A DNA stretch of 64,000 nt from a virus, in the IMG/VR virus record IMGVR_UViG_3300028388_004772, positions 77,248 through 141,247 of that record. One strand, given 5' to 3'. The translations under genes were made by a program, and so were the position numbers. This document shows, one piece after another, positions 1 to 9,193 of the stretch; position 1 is the first letter of the stretch; every line of letters begins with the position of its first letter. Under the pieces are notes generated by a model that was not told where the DNA came from, searched no databases, and was given only the letters and a program-made list of their open reading frames with translations.

Positions 1-672
1 GTTGAACTCTTGTAGAGGATTCAATTGACTGTAGATTACTTCAAGCTCTTCATCAGACGCAAGCTGTGAAGGTGACTCAAACTCAGACTTATCGTAGTTA
101 CGATAGCCTTCAACATTACGAATCTTCAACTTGAAGTTTGCTCCATTCCAAAAGTCGAATGGATTGATTGGATCTTCGTCTTGGAATGATGGCTGCATTA
201 CGTCCATAATCATGTCAAAGATTTTCTTACCGAATTGATAGAGGAAGATCTTACCTTCGTTCTGAGGATTGGATGGGTCGCTAATCACCTGGATGTTAGT
301 TACATAATGTAGACGGCGCTTCTGATCGCGAGCCTTCTCTTTATTAGCCTCGATACCTGAGTTCCACAGACGAGAGTTTAACTCGCCAACAGGATCAGGT
401 TGACCGACAGAAGTCAGAGACTTCTCGATATACCACATACCAGTAGGTCCTTTGAACCCATGATCCCAGTAACGTACCCATGGAAGGTCTTCGCCTTCTG
501 CTGCTGGTAAGAAACGTAGGACTGCATACCCATTACCAGCCTTATCGACTGTAGGTTTCCAGAATCGGTCATCACCGTAGGATTTCTTTTCTTGGGTTCC
601 ACCGACTGCATCGGCCGCTTGAACAAGCTTAGAGATTTGATCGCGATTACGCTTTAGATTTTCGAATGACAT
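1..672 (-). CDS. gp32: Single-stranded DNA binding protein, T4 gp32-like (runs off window start)
   Basis: Manual translation from ATG at 672: MSFENLKRNRDQISKLV...DDRFWKPTVDKAGNGYAVLRFLPAAEGEDLPWVRYWDHGFKGPTGMWYIEKSLT; hallmark gp32 motifs; lies next to gp33. Confidence 0.95.
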   Translation of the reverse strand, partial: MSFENLKRNRDQISKLVQAADAVGGTQEKKSYGDDRFWKPTVDKAGNGYAVLRFLPAAEGEDLPWVRYWDHGFKGPTGMWYIEKSLTSVGQPDPVGELNSRLWNSGIEANKEKARDQKRRLHYVTNIQVISDPSNPQNEGKIFLYQFGKKIFDMIMDVMQPSFQDEDPINPFDFWNGANFKLKIRNVEGYRNYDKSEFESPSQLASDEELEVIYSQLNPLQEFN

Positions 673-750
673 CGTATTGTCCTTGTATTGCTGAAATATG
701 TTGCTGTATTATACACTATATTTGTACCGATGGGTACACTATTATATAGA

Positions 751-984
751 CTAATCAAACGTGAGTTCATTAGTCCTTGGCAAAAAATTTAGTCTTCTTG
801 CCTCCGCTTCAAGTTTATCTTTAATAATAGGATTAATAAACTTTTTGCAGTCTTCAATCTCAATGGAGTTCTGTTCACATAACCATACTATTGCATCCAT
901 ATATGAGAGTTGTTTTTCAATCACCGTTCTTTCGACCAGCTTTGAAAATTTTGCTCTGGTTAAGAAGTTTTCTTCTACACTCAT
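751..984 (-). CDS. gp33: Late-transcription coactivator, gp33-like
   Basis: F-S-x-x-V-E...SYMDAI...IKDKLEAEA..LNFLP pattern; synteny with gp32. Confidence 0.85.
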   Translation of the reverse strand: MSVEENFLTRAKFSKLVERTVIEKQLSYMDAIVWLCEQNSIEIEDCKKFINPIIKDKLEAEARRLNFLPRTNELTFD

Positions 985-1706
985 TTTGTTCTTTTCTTCC
1001 TCATCGCTTTTTGATTATCCTTAAATTGCTCAAGGTCTGCGATCATTTTATTGACACACTTGATTCTCCGAGATAATTCTCTCTTACCAAGGTGTCCGTA
1101 AGCAGCCTTTGCATCCTTGCATACACCACTGTGAGCGTCTTGATATTCAGGTAAGAGACGCTTGAGATACTCTATCACAGGTCCAACAGCCATACCCTTC
1201 AACTCGTGGATACGGAAAGCAGCAACAATGTCAAGGCATGTGTCCTCATTGTTAAACCATTCTTCCTCAAGTTGATCAATATCATACATCACAGTGTTAT
1301 TGATCTTCATCGCAAGACGTTGTTGTGGTGTATAGACCTTTTTATCTCTTTCCTCAGTTAGAGCAGCTTTGGCACGTTGGATACCCTTGCCTTTTGATAT
1401 CAACGTATCAATATATTCTTTGACCTTTTCACCCAGGTCATTATATTTTTCTGGGAACTCGTATCCTTTATCCATCCAATAACATGCAGCAACAATACTT
1501 CCATAAGCAGAGAAATTCCACTCGGCATTTGCAGTAGCGGCACTGTAGTCTTCTTTTGAGTAATTGTTCTTAATGTAATTTTTGAGAAGTTTTGATCTAT
1601 CCTTCTCATCTAAGCTGTAGTGAAAATAATAATCAACTTTATTCCAATCACCATCAGTGGGAATATTACGGATACCTGTTTTCAATACACCTTTGTTAGT
1701 AGCCAT
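981..1706 (-). CDS. Hypothetical protein (241 aa)
   Basis: Long ORF translationally coupled to its neighbours. Confidence 0.8.
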   Translation of the reverse strand: MATNKGVLKTGIRNIPTDGDWNKVDYYFHYSLDEKDRSKLLKNYIKNNYSKEDYSAATANAEWNFSAYGSIVAACYWMDKGYEFPEKYNDLGEKVKEYIDTLISKGKGIQRAKAALTEERDKKVYTPQQRLAMKINNTVMYDIDQLEEEWFNNEDTCLDIVAAFRIHELKGMAVGPVIEYLKRLLPEYQDAHSGVCKDAKAAYGHLGKRELSRRIKCVNKMIADLEQFKDNQKAMRKKRTK

Positions 1707-2035
1707 CAGTTACGTCTCATCGTTGCATAATCTACTGGATTGTCGTCCTTTCCTACTGGGACGATGTTGCTTTTGTGGAGGGTGGCGAGACCAGTGACGT
1801 AGTCTCCTGTGTATTCTTTTCTTTCTCTTTTTGCTGCGGTCTGGTGGAAGAGTTGGTATTGGGTGAGTGATGGAACGGGCTCAGGTACGCGTACATATTT
1901 CCTGCTCGGAACATATTCTTTGAATTCCTCGATCTTTGAAGTTGGAGCCTCGAACTTCTTAGCTCGCTTTAGCTCGCTACTATACATGCGTAACGCATTT
2001 TCGCGAGCTAACTTTTTCCGTCTGCTTACTGCCAT
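1706..2035 (-). CDS. Conserved T4-like phage hypothetical protein
   Basis: C-terminal YTG...G-x-A-T-L-H-K-S-N-x-V-P-V motif typical of marine myoviruses. Confidence 0.7.
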   Translation of the reverse strand: MAVSRRKKLARENALRMYSSELKRAKKFEAPTSKIEEFKEYVPSRKYVRVPEPVPSLTQYQLFHQTAAKRERKEYTGDYVTGLATLHKSNIVPVGKDDNPVDYATMRRN

Positions 2036-2361
2036 TCATCATATCCTTTCATTGCTTGGTAGGTATCTATAACACCTGAACCTTCCAAAGCATTATACAC
2101 TTCTTTTTCATCTATGTAAACAGAATTTTCATTAGCAAGACGAGCAGCTACTTTACGCTCACGGTCAACCTTCTTAGCAACCCTCTTGATTAGCTGGAGC
2201 CTTTGTGATTTTGTCATAATGTAATTTCCTCTCAAATTCATATCTAAGCATTCTGAGGTTTTCGATCTTCTCTTCCACCTCAGAAGTTTTGTTACCGACC
2301 TCTTCTAGGAATCCAAGGTCCTCATCAATTTCATTTAATTTTTGAATGATCTCTTCATGCG

Positions 2362-2628
2362 TCATATTACCAAACCAGAAACAGCCTGAACATAAGCCTT
2401 CTGGAATTCCTCGTTTGTTGGTGTGATAAACACATAGTTACTGATTGTGATCTTTCGAGTCTGTAATTGACCAGATACACAAACACCCTTTGCAAAACCT
2501 AGCCCTTGCTCGTTCTGCATTAATACTCGTGGATCCTCAAGTGAAATTTCACCATCCTTTCCATTAATGTATTTACCTACAATCTCTCCTGCTAGAGAAA
2601 AAACTGTTACGATATCACCTTTTTGCAT
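2362..2628 (-). CDS. Small Sm-like/beta-barrel hypothetical protein
   Basis: GDIVTV..LAGEIVGK...SGLVI; GGA Shine-Dalgarno upstream. Confidence 0.6.
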   Translation of the reverse strand: MQKGDIVTVFSLAGEIVGKYINGKDGEISLEDPRVLMQNEQGLGFAKGVCVSGQLQTRKITISNYVFITPTNEEFQKAYVQAVSGLVI

Positions 2629-2657
2629 TACTTATTCCTTCTTACTAAAATAAAAGG

Positions 2658-2850
2658 CGGAACGGGGGGATTCGGGTAACCCCCAAGGAGGTACTATCTG
2701 ATGTACCTTTCCGAATGGACCTCCTACGACCTGACGTTCCCGCTAAGGACATGGGCGCTACCCCTTCGGTCTACCTTACCCCCCATCAGCGAGAGGTATT
2801 CGGTCACGTTCCTATCGGGGCAGCGGTCTACCAGACTGACCTATACTCCG
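2658..2850 (-). ncRNA. ~193-nt structured non-coding RNA with a tRNA-like 5' end (possibly manA-class)
   Basis: GC-rich intergenic island. End pairing CGGAGU/GUUCCG; D-arm-like GGUC-AGUCUGGUA-GACC; 9-bp CGCUGCCCC/GGGGUAGCG; GGGGG-UUACCCGAAU-CCCCC hairpin; downstream of two tRNAs. Confidence 0.7.
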
Positions 2851-2909
2851 TAAACTGTGGCGCCTTTTGTTCGTTGCAAAAGGTTTCCAGTGACGCCCAA
2901 CTGGAGACT

Positions 2910-2984
2910 TGGAGTGGACGACAGGATTCGAACCTGCCTAAAACTGATTTGCAGTCAGTCGCCTAACCTATCAGCCACGTCCAC
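2910..2984 (-). tRNA. tRNA-Cys(GCA)
   Basis: GUGGACG/CGUCCAC acceptor stem, CUGA-CUGCAAA-UCAG anticodon arm, GGUUCGAAUCC T arm, encoded CCA. Confidence 0.93.
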
Positions 2985-2989
2985 AAAAT

Positions 2990-3066
2990 TGGCCTGCTCG
3001 GCAGGATTCGAACCTGCGACCCTCTGCTTAGAAGGCAGATGTTCTATCCAACTGAACTACGAGCAG
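2990..3066 (-). tRNA. tRNA-Arg(UCU)
   Basis: CUGCUCG/CGAGCAG acceptor stem, UCUGC-CUUCUAA-GCAGA anticodon arm, T loop, encoded CCA. Confidence 0.95.
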
Positions 3067-3507
3067 ATTCTTTAAATTGTCTAACATATCAGCATCTTGT
3101 AAAATATACATCGCCACAAGACCTAAAATAATATGCATCCCATATTTTGATATGAATGATACGATTGCTGAAAATAGACCAATTAGGACTGCTACCACTA
3201 CCACGAGAGAGGAGAGAGATAATAGCAGTGATAACAGTTCTGATTGATCCATTATGCAGGCTCTGTATTCAAATACGTATCAACAATTTCTTTGAACTCT
3301 TCGAGTGAGATTTCTCCGTACATATCTAGATCAATCTGTTCACCCGAATCTCGAAAGCGCATCTGGCGCTTTACGATCTGTCCTGTATTGTTTGACACAA
3401 CCTCGTATGTCAAACCCTTGTAAGCGTATATAGGATTGCCTTTCATAGCGCTGATACCACTACGTATTCAACAACGGCAACCACAATCATCAAACCTAAA
3501 AATTCCA

Positions 3508-3912
3508 TTACACTTCCTCCAAGTATACATATTCTTCATAAGGGAGAGGCTCACAATCGAGCTGAAGACCCTGAGCAGCAATCCGCTCTTCCTCAGCCTT
3601 CTCGGCCTCCCACTCCTGCTCCATCTCGAACTGAGCATTCAGAGCACGACAAATGTCATCGTACTTCTCCTGCAACTCTTCGATAGAGTAGTTATCCCAC
3701 TCAAGACGCAGACGACAACCATAAAGGTCCTTCGACGCGTCACTGATCCCATTGATCAGATTGTGACGGATGAAATCCGCAGCGGTGTAAACACCCATCT
3801 CAGCCCAATGCGTGAGATCGAGAGTCCACTCAGATGCCCATCCATCATTCTCCTCAGCCCACTTACGAGCTTGAGCGTTAAGCGAATTCAAGTGATCTAA
3901 TAATGTGTACAT
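3508..3912 (-). CDS. Acidic early hypothetical protein
   Basis: Start moved to MYTLLDH (3912), just downstream of the GAGGAGAGA SD of an early-promoter repeat. Confidence 0.7.
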   Translation of the reverse strand: MYTLLDHLNSLNAQARKWAEENDGWASEWTLDLTHWAEMGVYTAADFIRHNLINGISDASKDLYGCRLRLEWDNYSIEELQEKYDDICRALNAQFEMEQEWEAEKAEEERIAAQGLQLDCEPLPYEEYVYLEEV

Positions 3913-3916
3913 AATG

Positions 3917-3972
3917 TCTCTCCTCATTTGATGTAACCATTATCTTACCTCTTGAAGAAAATGTCTACAACT
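3917..3972 (-). promoter_or_regulatory. Early promoter/leader repeat, copy 1
   Basis: TTGTAG..GATAAT-GGTTACATCAAATGAGGAGAGA. Confidence 0.75.
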
Positions 3973-3974
3973 TT

Positions 3975-4433
3975 TTAATCTTTTTTGTTGAAAACTTTTT
4001 TCTTAGATTTCAACGATTTATATTCATCTCGTAGAATACTTTCAAGTCCGTAAGCTTCTTTTTCCCATGGAAGATTCATGTACTCATCAAGAGTTGTGTA
4101 CATGGCAATATATTCTTCACCTTTCCATTTTTTCAAGGCAAGCGAACTTGTATCTTTGAGTTCATTTCTAGCATGCTGTTTAACATGAACCATTTCATGA
4201 CAAAGTGTCTCAATCATTTCGTCAATAGTTTCTTTGGCATCAATCTCAATAACAAATTCTCTGTTCGTAACTGAAAGACAGAAACCACTATGGAATTCAA
4301 GATCATTCGACAATTGAATACAAATGTCTAATGTTTTCATCCGAGGCATCAATCGTTTGACACAAAAATTAACTACATCTTCTGCTAGTGCACGTTTCTT
4401 TTTTGTAGAACCCCATGCCATTATTTGATTCAT
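3975..4433 (-). CDS. HExxH zincin metallopeptidase-like protein
   Basis: TLCHEMVHVKQ...PWEKEAY; start reassigned to MNQIMAW. Confidence 0.75.
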   Translation of the reverse strand: MNQIMAWGSTKKKRALAEDVVNFCVKRLMPRMKTLDICIQLSNDLEFHSGFCLSVTNREFVIEIDAKETIDEMIETLCHEMVHVKQHARNELKDTSSLALKKWKGEEYIAMYTTLDEYMNLPWEKEAYGLESILRDEYKSLKSKKKVFNKKD

Positions 4434-4599
4434 ATCACATCTCCTTTTTGAGGAGTATAAACGATTGTATCCTGAATTACAACACGTTTGTATTTTTTTA
4501 ATGTCTTTTTGATAGCATCTTCTGGTTCTGTGTTCATCCATTTCATATGATGCCAGTGATCACTTCCAGGGACTGTGTAGAATACTTTGCAAACTGTAT

Positions 4600-5094
4600 T
4601 CATGCCAATCTCTCCCAATATGCTTCTTGCTTCTGATTAATGATAGGATTAACTAGATCAGAACGAAGATATCGATAGATAGTTCTGAAGCACTCTCCGT
4701 GGCCACGATCCTTATCCTGCTTTCTCTTCATATACTCAGGGAACCAGTTGTAGTATGTGAACTGAATAAAATGTGACACCTCATGAGCTACAAGACAAAG
4801 GAGGATGTCTCGGTTGTCTGTAACAGTGATTCGACCAATCACAGGATCCATATTGAAACGACTGTACTCACTCCATTCTGAGTTACCGAACTGCCAACAC
4901 AACACATTGATCTTGATCATGTTATGTCCAGCCCATGAGCGGCCATTACGGCGCGCATAGACCTTCAAACACTTTACAGCATTATCAACAGCAGACTTAG
5001 GAAGGTTGAGCTCATACTTCTTCTTACGAAGATGACGGACACAAAGCTTGACCATGTCTTCGACAATCTTTTCTTTCTCGCGAGGAATATTCAT
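4600..5094 (-). CDS. SprT-like HExxH metalloprotease
   Basis: LVAHEVSHFIQ...GHGECF (HExxH plus HG motif). Confidence 0.65.
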   Translation of the reverse strand: MNIPREKEKIVEDMVKLCVRHLRKKKYELNLPKSAVDNAVKCLKVYARRNGRSWAGHNMIKINVLCWQFGNSEWSEYSRFNMDPVIGRITVTDNRDILLCLVAHEVSHFIQFTYYNWFPEYMKRKQDKDRGHGECFRTIYRYLRSDLVNPIINQKQEAYWERLA

Positions 5095-5291
5095 ACGCAG
5101 ATACCTGGTGTGAAAGTTTCTTCCCGAACAAGACGTGCTGTCGCTCTTAAATAGCCAGATACGCTGTCACACTTACGTGCAAGCTCCATACCCTTTTTCA
5201 GCGCGTTAAGTTTACAATCAGCTGAAATAATAAAAGACTCGTGGTAGCTGCAGTTGTAACCAGAAACCGTAACATCAAACTTACTCATATA

Positions 5292-5345
5292 TCTCTCCTT
5301 CATTTGATGTAGCCATTATCCTACATTATGAGAAAAAGAAAACAT
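5292..5345 (-). promoter_or_regulatory. Early promoter/leader repeat, copy 2
   Basis: GATAAT-GGCTACATCAAATGAAGGAGAGAT; one mismatch to the copy at 49330. Confidence 0.75.
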
Positions 5346-5382
5346 GTTTTTATAAAAAAGAAATCATAAAGAAATTAAGTAG

Positions 5383-6003
5383 TTACGAAGCTTTTTTACC
5401 TTTACTATGAAGTTCTACCCTAACATTGTCGGAAACAGGGAACTTAATATTGTTGTGATTATGATGCAAAACGAATTCAACGTTATTAAATTCTTTGAAC
5501 ATATTTGTCCAGATTGGTCTCCAGTTGTTAGCCAACCGATTTGTATTCATATCATCGCGAGGAGATGGAAGATAAAAATCTGTGCATGATCTTAGATTAA
5601 AATCAAACATCGAATCGAATCCCCACATATGAACAACATCTGGTTTAAACTTTGTACAACCAAAGTGAGTGCACATATGTCCACAATTGAAATCAGTATA
5701 GTTTGCAACATACTTAGGAAGTGTTAGATAGAATTCTTTGATCCTAGGGGCAACCTTCATATAGAACCCTGGATTCTTTTCCATCCAAATCTTTGGTCTC
5801 ATCCCAAGAATCCAGTTACCAGGAGCTTCAATCTCTCCTTCTGTGATTGCCTTCATCATTTTGAAGTCAACAATTACAGTTCCATATGCATTCTCTACAG
5901 GAAATGGTGGAATGTTACATGTGAGGTTTAGTCCTTTGCGAGGAGCCTCGTTATAGAAATGAGCATTGTCACCATTGCCAACAATGTGTACAACCCTAGG
6001 CAT
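5383..6003 (-). CDS. GT-D/GT29-like or TPK-fold protein of the glycan cluster
   Basis: VHIVGNG...CN...VDF...NCGH...VHMWGFDS pattern. Confidence 0.5.
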   Translation of the reverse strand: MPRVVHIVGNGDNAHFYNEAPRKGLNLTCNIPPFPVENAYGTVIVDFKMMKAITEGEIEAPGNWILGMRPKIWMEKNPGFYMKVAPRIKEFYLTLPKYVANYTDFNCGHMCTHFGCTKFKPDVVHMWGFDSMFDFNLRSCTDFYLPSPRDDMNTNRLANNWRPIWTNMFKEFNNVEFVLHHNHNNIKFPVSDNVRVELHSKGKKAS

Positions 6004-6637
6004 TCATTTGTCTCCTAATTTCATCCTTGCCTTTTTGACCTGTCCAGTGAGTTACTAGCTCACCTTTTGGTCTGCGGCCATCAATAATATCTAATCTCAG
6101 CACATTGTACTTGTGTGGAAGGTCTTTTATATATGACATTTTTGTAATCGGATTTAACATTGAGTGGAGAACTTCCTGGTCACCCCGAACAGATGTTTCT
6201 TCCACTTGCTGGGTCCACAGTTTAAGAATCTGTGGCTTACCTTGAAAGGCAACAATTCCTGAATTGTGCCAAATCTCTTGTCTGCGTTTTGTCCAGGGAT
6301 GGTCAATAACCATAGACAATTTCTCTGGTTCAACCTCTTTGAAGATACCACTGATATCTCCGTGGACTTGACAATCTGTATCAATCCAACATGTTTTATC
6401 TGATGGACAATGAACCATTGATTTTGGTTTAAGAAACCACCCCTTTCCTTTAAACTTTGACAAGTCTAAAACACCGACAGCTTTTGTTTGAATGTATTTT
6501 AACATATCGGAGGAGATACCAAAGTTTGCGAAGACCAATGGAGTATTATTATGTTTTTCATAGTTCTCCACAAACCAAGGTAACATCCATTCTGTATTCT
6601 CATCACATCCTGTTAAAAATGCTTCAGAGTATCTCAT
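5996..6637 (-). CDS. GT-A glycosyltransferase (GT8/GT77-like)
   Basis: WIDTDC (DxD), NSGIV, GDQEVL, HWTG. Confidence 0.75.
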   Translation of the reverse strand: MRYSEAFLTGCDENTEWMLPWFVENYEKHNNTPLVFANFGISSDMLKYIQTKAVGVLDLSKFKGKGWFLKPKSMVHCPSDKTCWIDTDCQVHGDISGIFKEVEPEKLSMVIDHPWTKRRQEIWHNSGIVAFQGKPQILKLWTQQVEETSVRGDQEVLHSMLNPITKMSYIKDLPHKYNVLRLDIIDGRRPKGELVTHWTGQKGKDEIRRQMNA

Positions 6638-7265
6638 ATTTTTCACCATAATTATGTTTTGCCTGACAGCCAACCTCATTCTGAATAGTCGTGAATGTGT
6701 CACGAGCTTCTACTGGCCACGGATAAAATTCTTTTAAGTTGGGAAAGTTATCAAGATTGATAAACACGTCTGTCGGTCCAGCACTTCTCAGTGCCTTATC
6801 AATTAGTTGTCGGGCTCCTGCAGGCTCAATATAATATCCATGAGCTCCAGGAAAGTATCTCTTGGAAACAAGAGGACCTTCTCCTAATACTTGAGGAGTA
6901 TTGAACCGTCCATAAGAAGGCTTACCAAGATTAACAATTGAGCTCTGGAACAGAGATGGCAACGAGTTAACGAAAATTGCATCATGTTCAAGAATGACGA
7001 ATGGTTCTTTACTCTCAGCACATTTTTCCCATAACGTAAAATGAGAAAGAAATGCAGCCAAGCAATTATTAAATCGCGAATACTTTTCTTCGAAGTTGTC
7101 GATTGGTATTTGTTTTTCTGATGAAATCTTTACAGGACTATCACTTGGTGTAAATGCCTTATGTTTGATTACATCAATACCAAACATCTTTCCAGACTGA
7201 ATGCAGCGTTCAGCCGACTTTACTGATTTATCATTATCAAAGATTGTAATTACATATGCTTTCAT
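6624..7265 (-). CDS. Glycosyltransferase family 25-like
   Basis: AFLSHFTLWEKC...ILEHDA...GAHGYYIEP.GA..L. Confidence 0.8.
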   Translation of the reverse strand: MKAYVITIFDNDKSVKSAERCIQSGKMFGIDVIKHKAFTPSDSPVKISSEKQIPIDNFEEKYSRFNNCLAAFLSHFTLWEKCAESKEPFVILEHDAIFVNSLPSLFQSSIVNLGKPSYGRFNTPQVLGEGPLVSKRYFPGAHGYYIEPAGARQLIDKALRSAGPTDVFINLDNFPNLKEFYPWPVEARDTFTTIQNEVGCQAKHNYGEKYEIL

Positions 7266-7942
7266 GATGTTGTTGAGGGGGTTCCCTGTACCTTCGTATA
7301 AAATGTTTTTGTCACACCAAGCATGCTACCAACAAGTTGTCTACACATCAGTGCATCGTTTGGCCACGCTCCATACTCATCAACGAGCTCGAGCATTTTC
7401 CTAGCACCCTTTGGTTTAATTATGTAGGCTGAGTTTCCAGCGAGACCCTGAGGAACCGTAACCTCATCAATTGTCGGAACCTGTTGAATAAAGTCATTAT
7501 TTTTTTGAATAAGTTCATAATATTGCTGAGATCTTCTCGTTGCACCAAGAGGATTATTGATTCCAACAATTTGATACTTGTTATCCAATATTCTAAGAAT
7601 ATCAAGGTCTCTGACAAAAATAGCATCATGCTCAAGAATCATATACGGATCCTTACCTTGAGAACATTCCTTCCAAAGAATATAATGACTAAGAAAGCAT
7701 GCAATCCGAGCCTTTGGGTTGGGTGTTTGGTATGGATTGAGTTTCAACCCTGAAGCAAAGTCAACTTTAGGGCTGTCCCAAGGATATGTCCATTTGATTC
7801 CATATTCTTCCATCAGACCATCAACCTGATCTGGAGTGATAGCATCAAATGTTTCAATGAAGATCTTTGTGGACTTCATGCATTTCTCAGCAGCCGCTTC
7901 AGAAACTTTATTATCTTTAATTACGATAATACTTGATTTCAC
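7262..7942 (-). CDS. Glycosyltransferase family 25-like (paralog)
   Basis: ACFLSHYILWKEC...ILEHDA...SAYIIKPKGARKML. Confidence 0.8.
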   Translation of the reverse strand: MKSSIIVIKDNKVSEAAAEKCMKSTKIFIETFDAITPDQVDGLMEEYGIKWTYPWDSPKVDFASGLKLNPYQTPNPKARIACFLSHYILWKECSQGKDPYMILEHDAIFVRDLDILRILDNKYQIVGINNPLGATRRSQQYYELIQKNNDFIQQVPTIDEVTVPQGLAGNSAYIIKPKGARKMLELVDEYGAWPNDALMCRQLVGSMLGVTKTFYTKVQGTPSTTS

Positions 7943-8538
7943 TTTGTACCTTCGACAACAATCGATTCATGCTCACGCAAGCCATCAACTAGATCCACAC
8001 CGTTCAACTCTTTGTGTTCACTTTCTGCATATGTACATTCTTTAACATCCTGGAAGCCAGCCTTCTTATGTTGATCGATCAACATCTCTAGGGTGGGTAC
8101 CCAATAGTGACCTTGTTCCCCTAAACTTCTCTGTGCAATCTGATTGGCAGCTCCGAGAAATGTTTCTCGGTTGAGAATCCTGCGGCAATAATTTACTGTA
8201 AATTCAGAATGATCGTCGCGGTGTGTTTCATAGAATGTTCTACTAGGAGCAACTGTACGAACAACACCTCCAGGCTTCAATACTCTTAAACATTCTTGTA
8301 AACAATGTAAACCATCTTTTTCATAGACGTGTTCAATCATATGCTCACTGAAGATATAATCAATTGATTCGTCTTCAAACGGAAATTTCTCCGTCACATC
8401 AAGAAAGATAATTGTATATCCTTCCTTTCGTTTTTCCTCAAACCACGACAATGTCTTTTGTTTGGTAAATCCTTTCTGGTCAGTGTTAATCCACCCCAGC
8501 TTAGGTTCTCTACCACAACCCAGAACAACCTTTTTCAT
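7939..8538 (-). CDS. Class I SAM-dependent methyltransferase
   Basis: VLGCG, FPFEDESIDYIFSEHMIEH, RVLKPGG. Confidence 0.85.
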   Translation of the reverse strand: MKKVVLGCGREPKLGWINTDQKGFTKQKTLSWFEEKRKEGYTIIFLDVTEKFPFEDESIDYIFSEHMIEHVYEKDGLHCLQECLRVLKPGGVVRTVAPSRTFYETHRDDHSEFTVNYCRRILNRETFLGAANQIAQRSLGEQGHYWVPTLEMLIDQHKKAGFQDVKECTYAESEHKELNGVDLVDGLREHESIVVEGTK

Positions 8539-9192
8539 TTAAACTCCAAATTCTCTATCATACGATTGTACATCATTATTGTAAATTTGTCTACATCTAC
8601 CAGCAACATGGACAACAGGAGCATGCTTTGAGTATTTTGTTTCTCTTAGAAAGCAACAATCGGATCTATCGATTTTGCGATATTTACCGAATGCCTGCTC
8701 AACCATTAGGTTCAATGCATATTGATCCCGTCCAGGTTTTGTATTCTTATATGTTTCCCTGTACTTCCTCGGATTCAATTCTCTTAACTTGTTAATTGAG
8801 TGTCTAGTAAATACAATAATTCCACTATTAAAATATTGGTTTCCCCATTTTACAAACTCAGGTCGGGATTTAGGATGAGGATCATCAACCTCTTTACATG
8901 CGGAGAATTCATTATATTTTTCGAAGACATTTACATCTGTGTCACGAATAAAAACATCAGCATCAACAAAGACGATTCTGTCATACTCTTCAAACTCATC
9001 TGATTCAAGGATTCGGAATACTTCCCATACAGGACTAAATCCTTTAAAGTAGTTATCAGATTTCAGTTGATAGTCCCACCCAATATTATCAGCATATCTT
9101 TTTACTGATCCCACTGCCTTAGTATACAACGATTGTTTGACTTCAGCTAGATCTGGTTCGACAGAAAAATGTTGTAAAATTAAATTCTTCAT
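8539..9192 (-). CDS. GT-A glycosyltransferase (GT8/GT34-like)
   Basis: FVDADV, YFNSGII, DQYALN, HVAG. Confidence 0.75.
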   Translation of the reverse strand: MKNLILQHFSVEPDLAEVKQSLYTKAVGSVKRYADNIGWDYQLKSDNYFKGFSPVWEVFRILESDEFEEYDRIVFVDADVFIRDTDVNVFEKYNEFSACKEVDDPHPKSRPEFVKWGNQYFNSGIIVFTRHSINKLRELNPRKYRETYKNTKPGRDQYALNLMVEQAFGKYRKIDRSDCCFLRETKYSKHAPVVHVAGRCRQIYNNDVQSYDREFGV

Positions 9193-9193
9193 G

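Noticed and set aside
414-626. 70-aa minus-strand ORF
   Set aside because: Alternate frame inside gp32, which the ORF track misses because it runs off the window.
2658-2850. RNase P RNA or a group I intron-containing tRNA
   Set aside because: No GAGGAAAGUCC or P4 consensus, no group I P7 core, and no canonical anticodon halves or CCA.
2855-2909. Theta/HDV-like ribozyme after tRNA-Cys
   Set aside because: Could not fit the nested P1/P2/P3/P1.1 double pseudoknot; kept only as a generic pseudoknot.
2715-3075. Plus-strand ORFs of 83 and 72 aa
   Set aside because: Antisense to the structured RNA and the tRNAs; no SD or recognisable motif.
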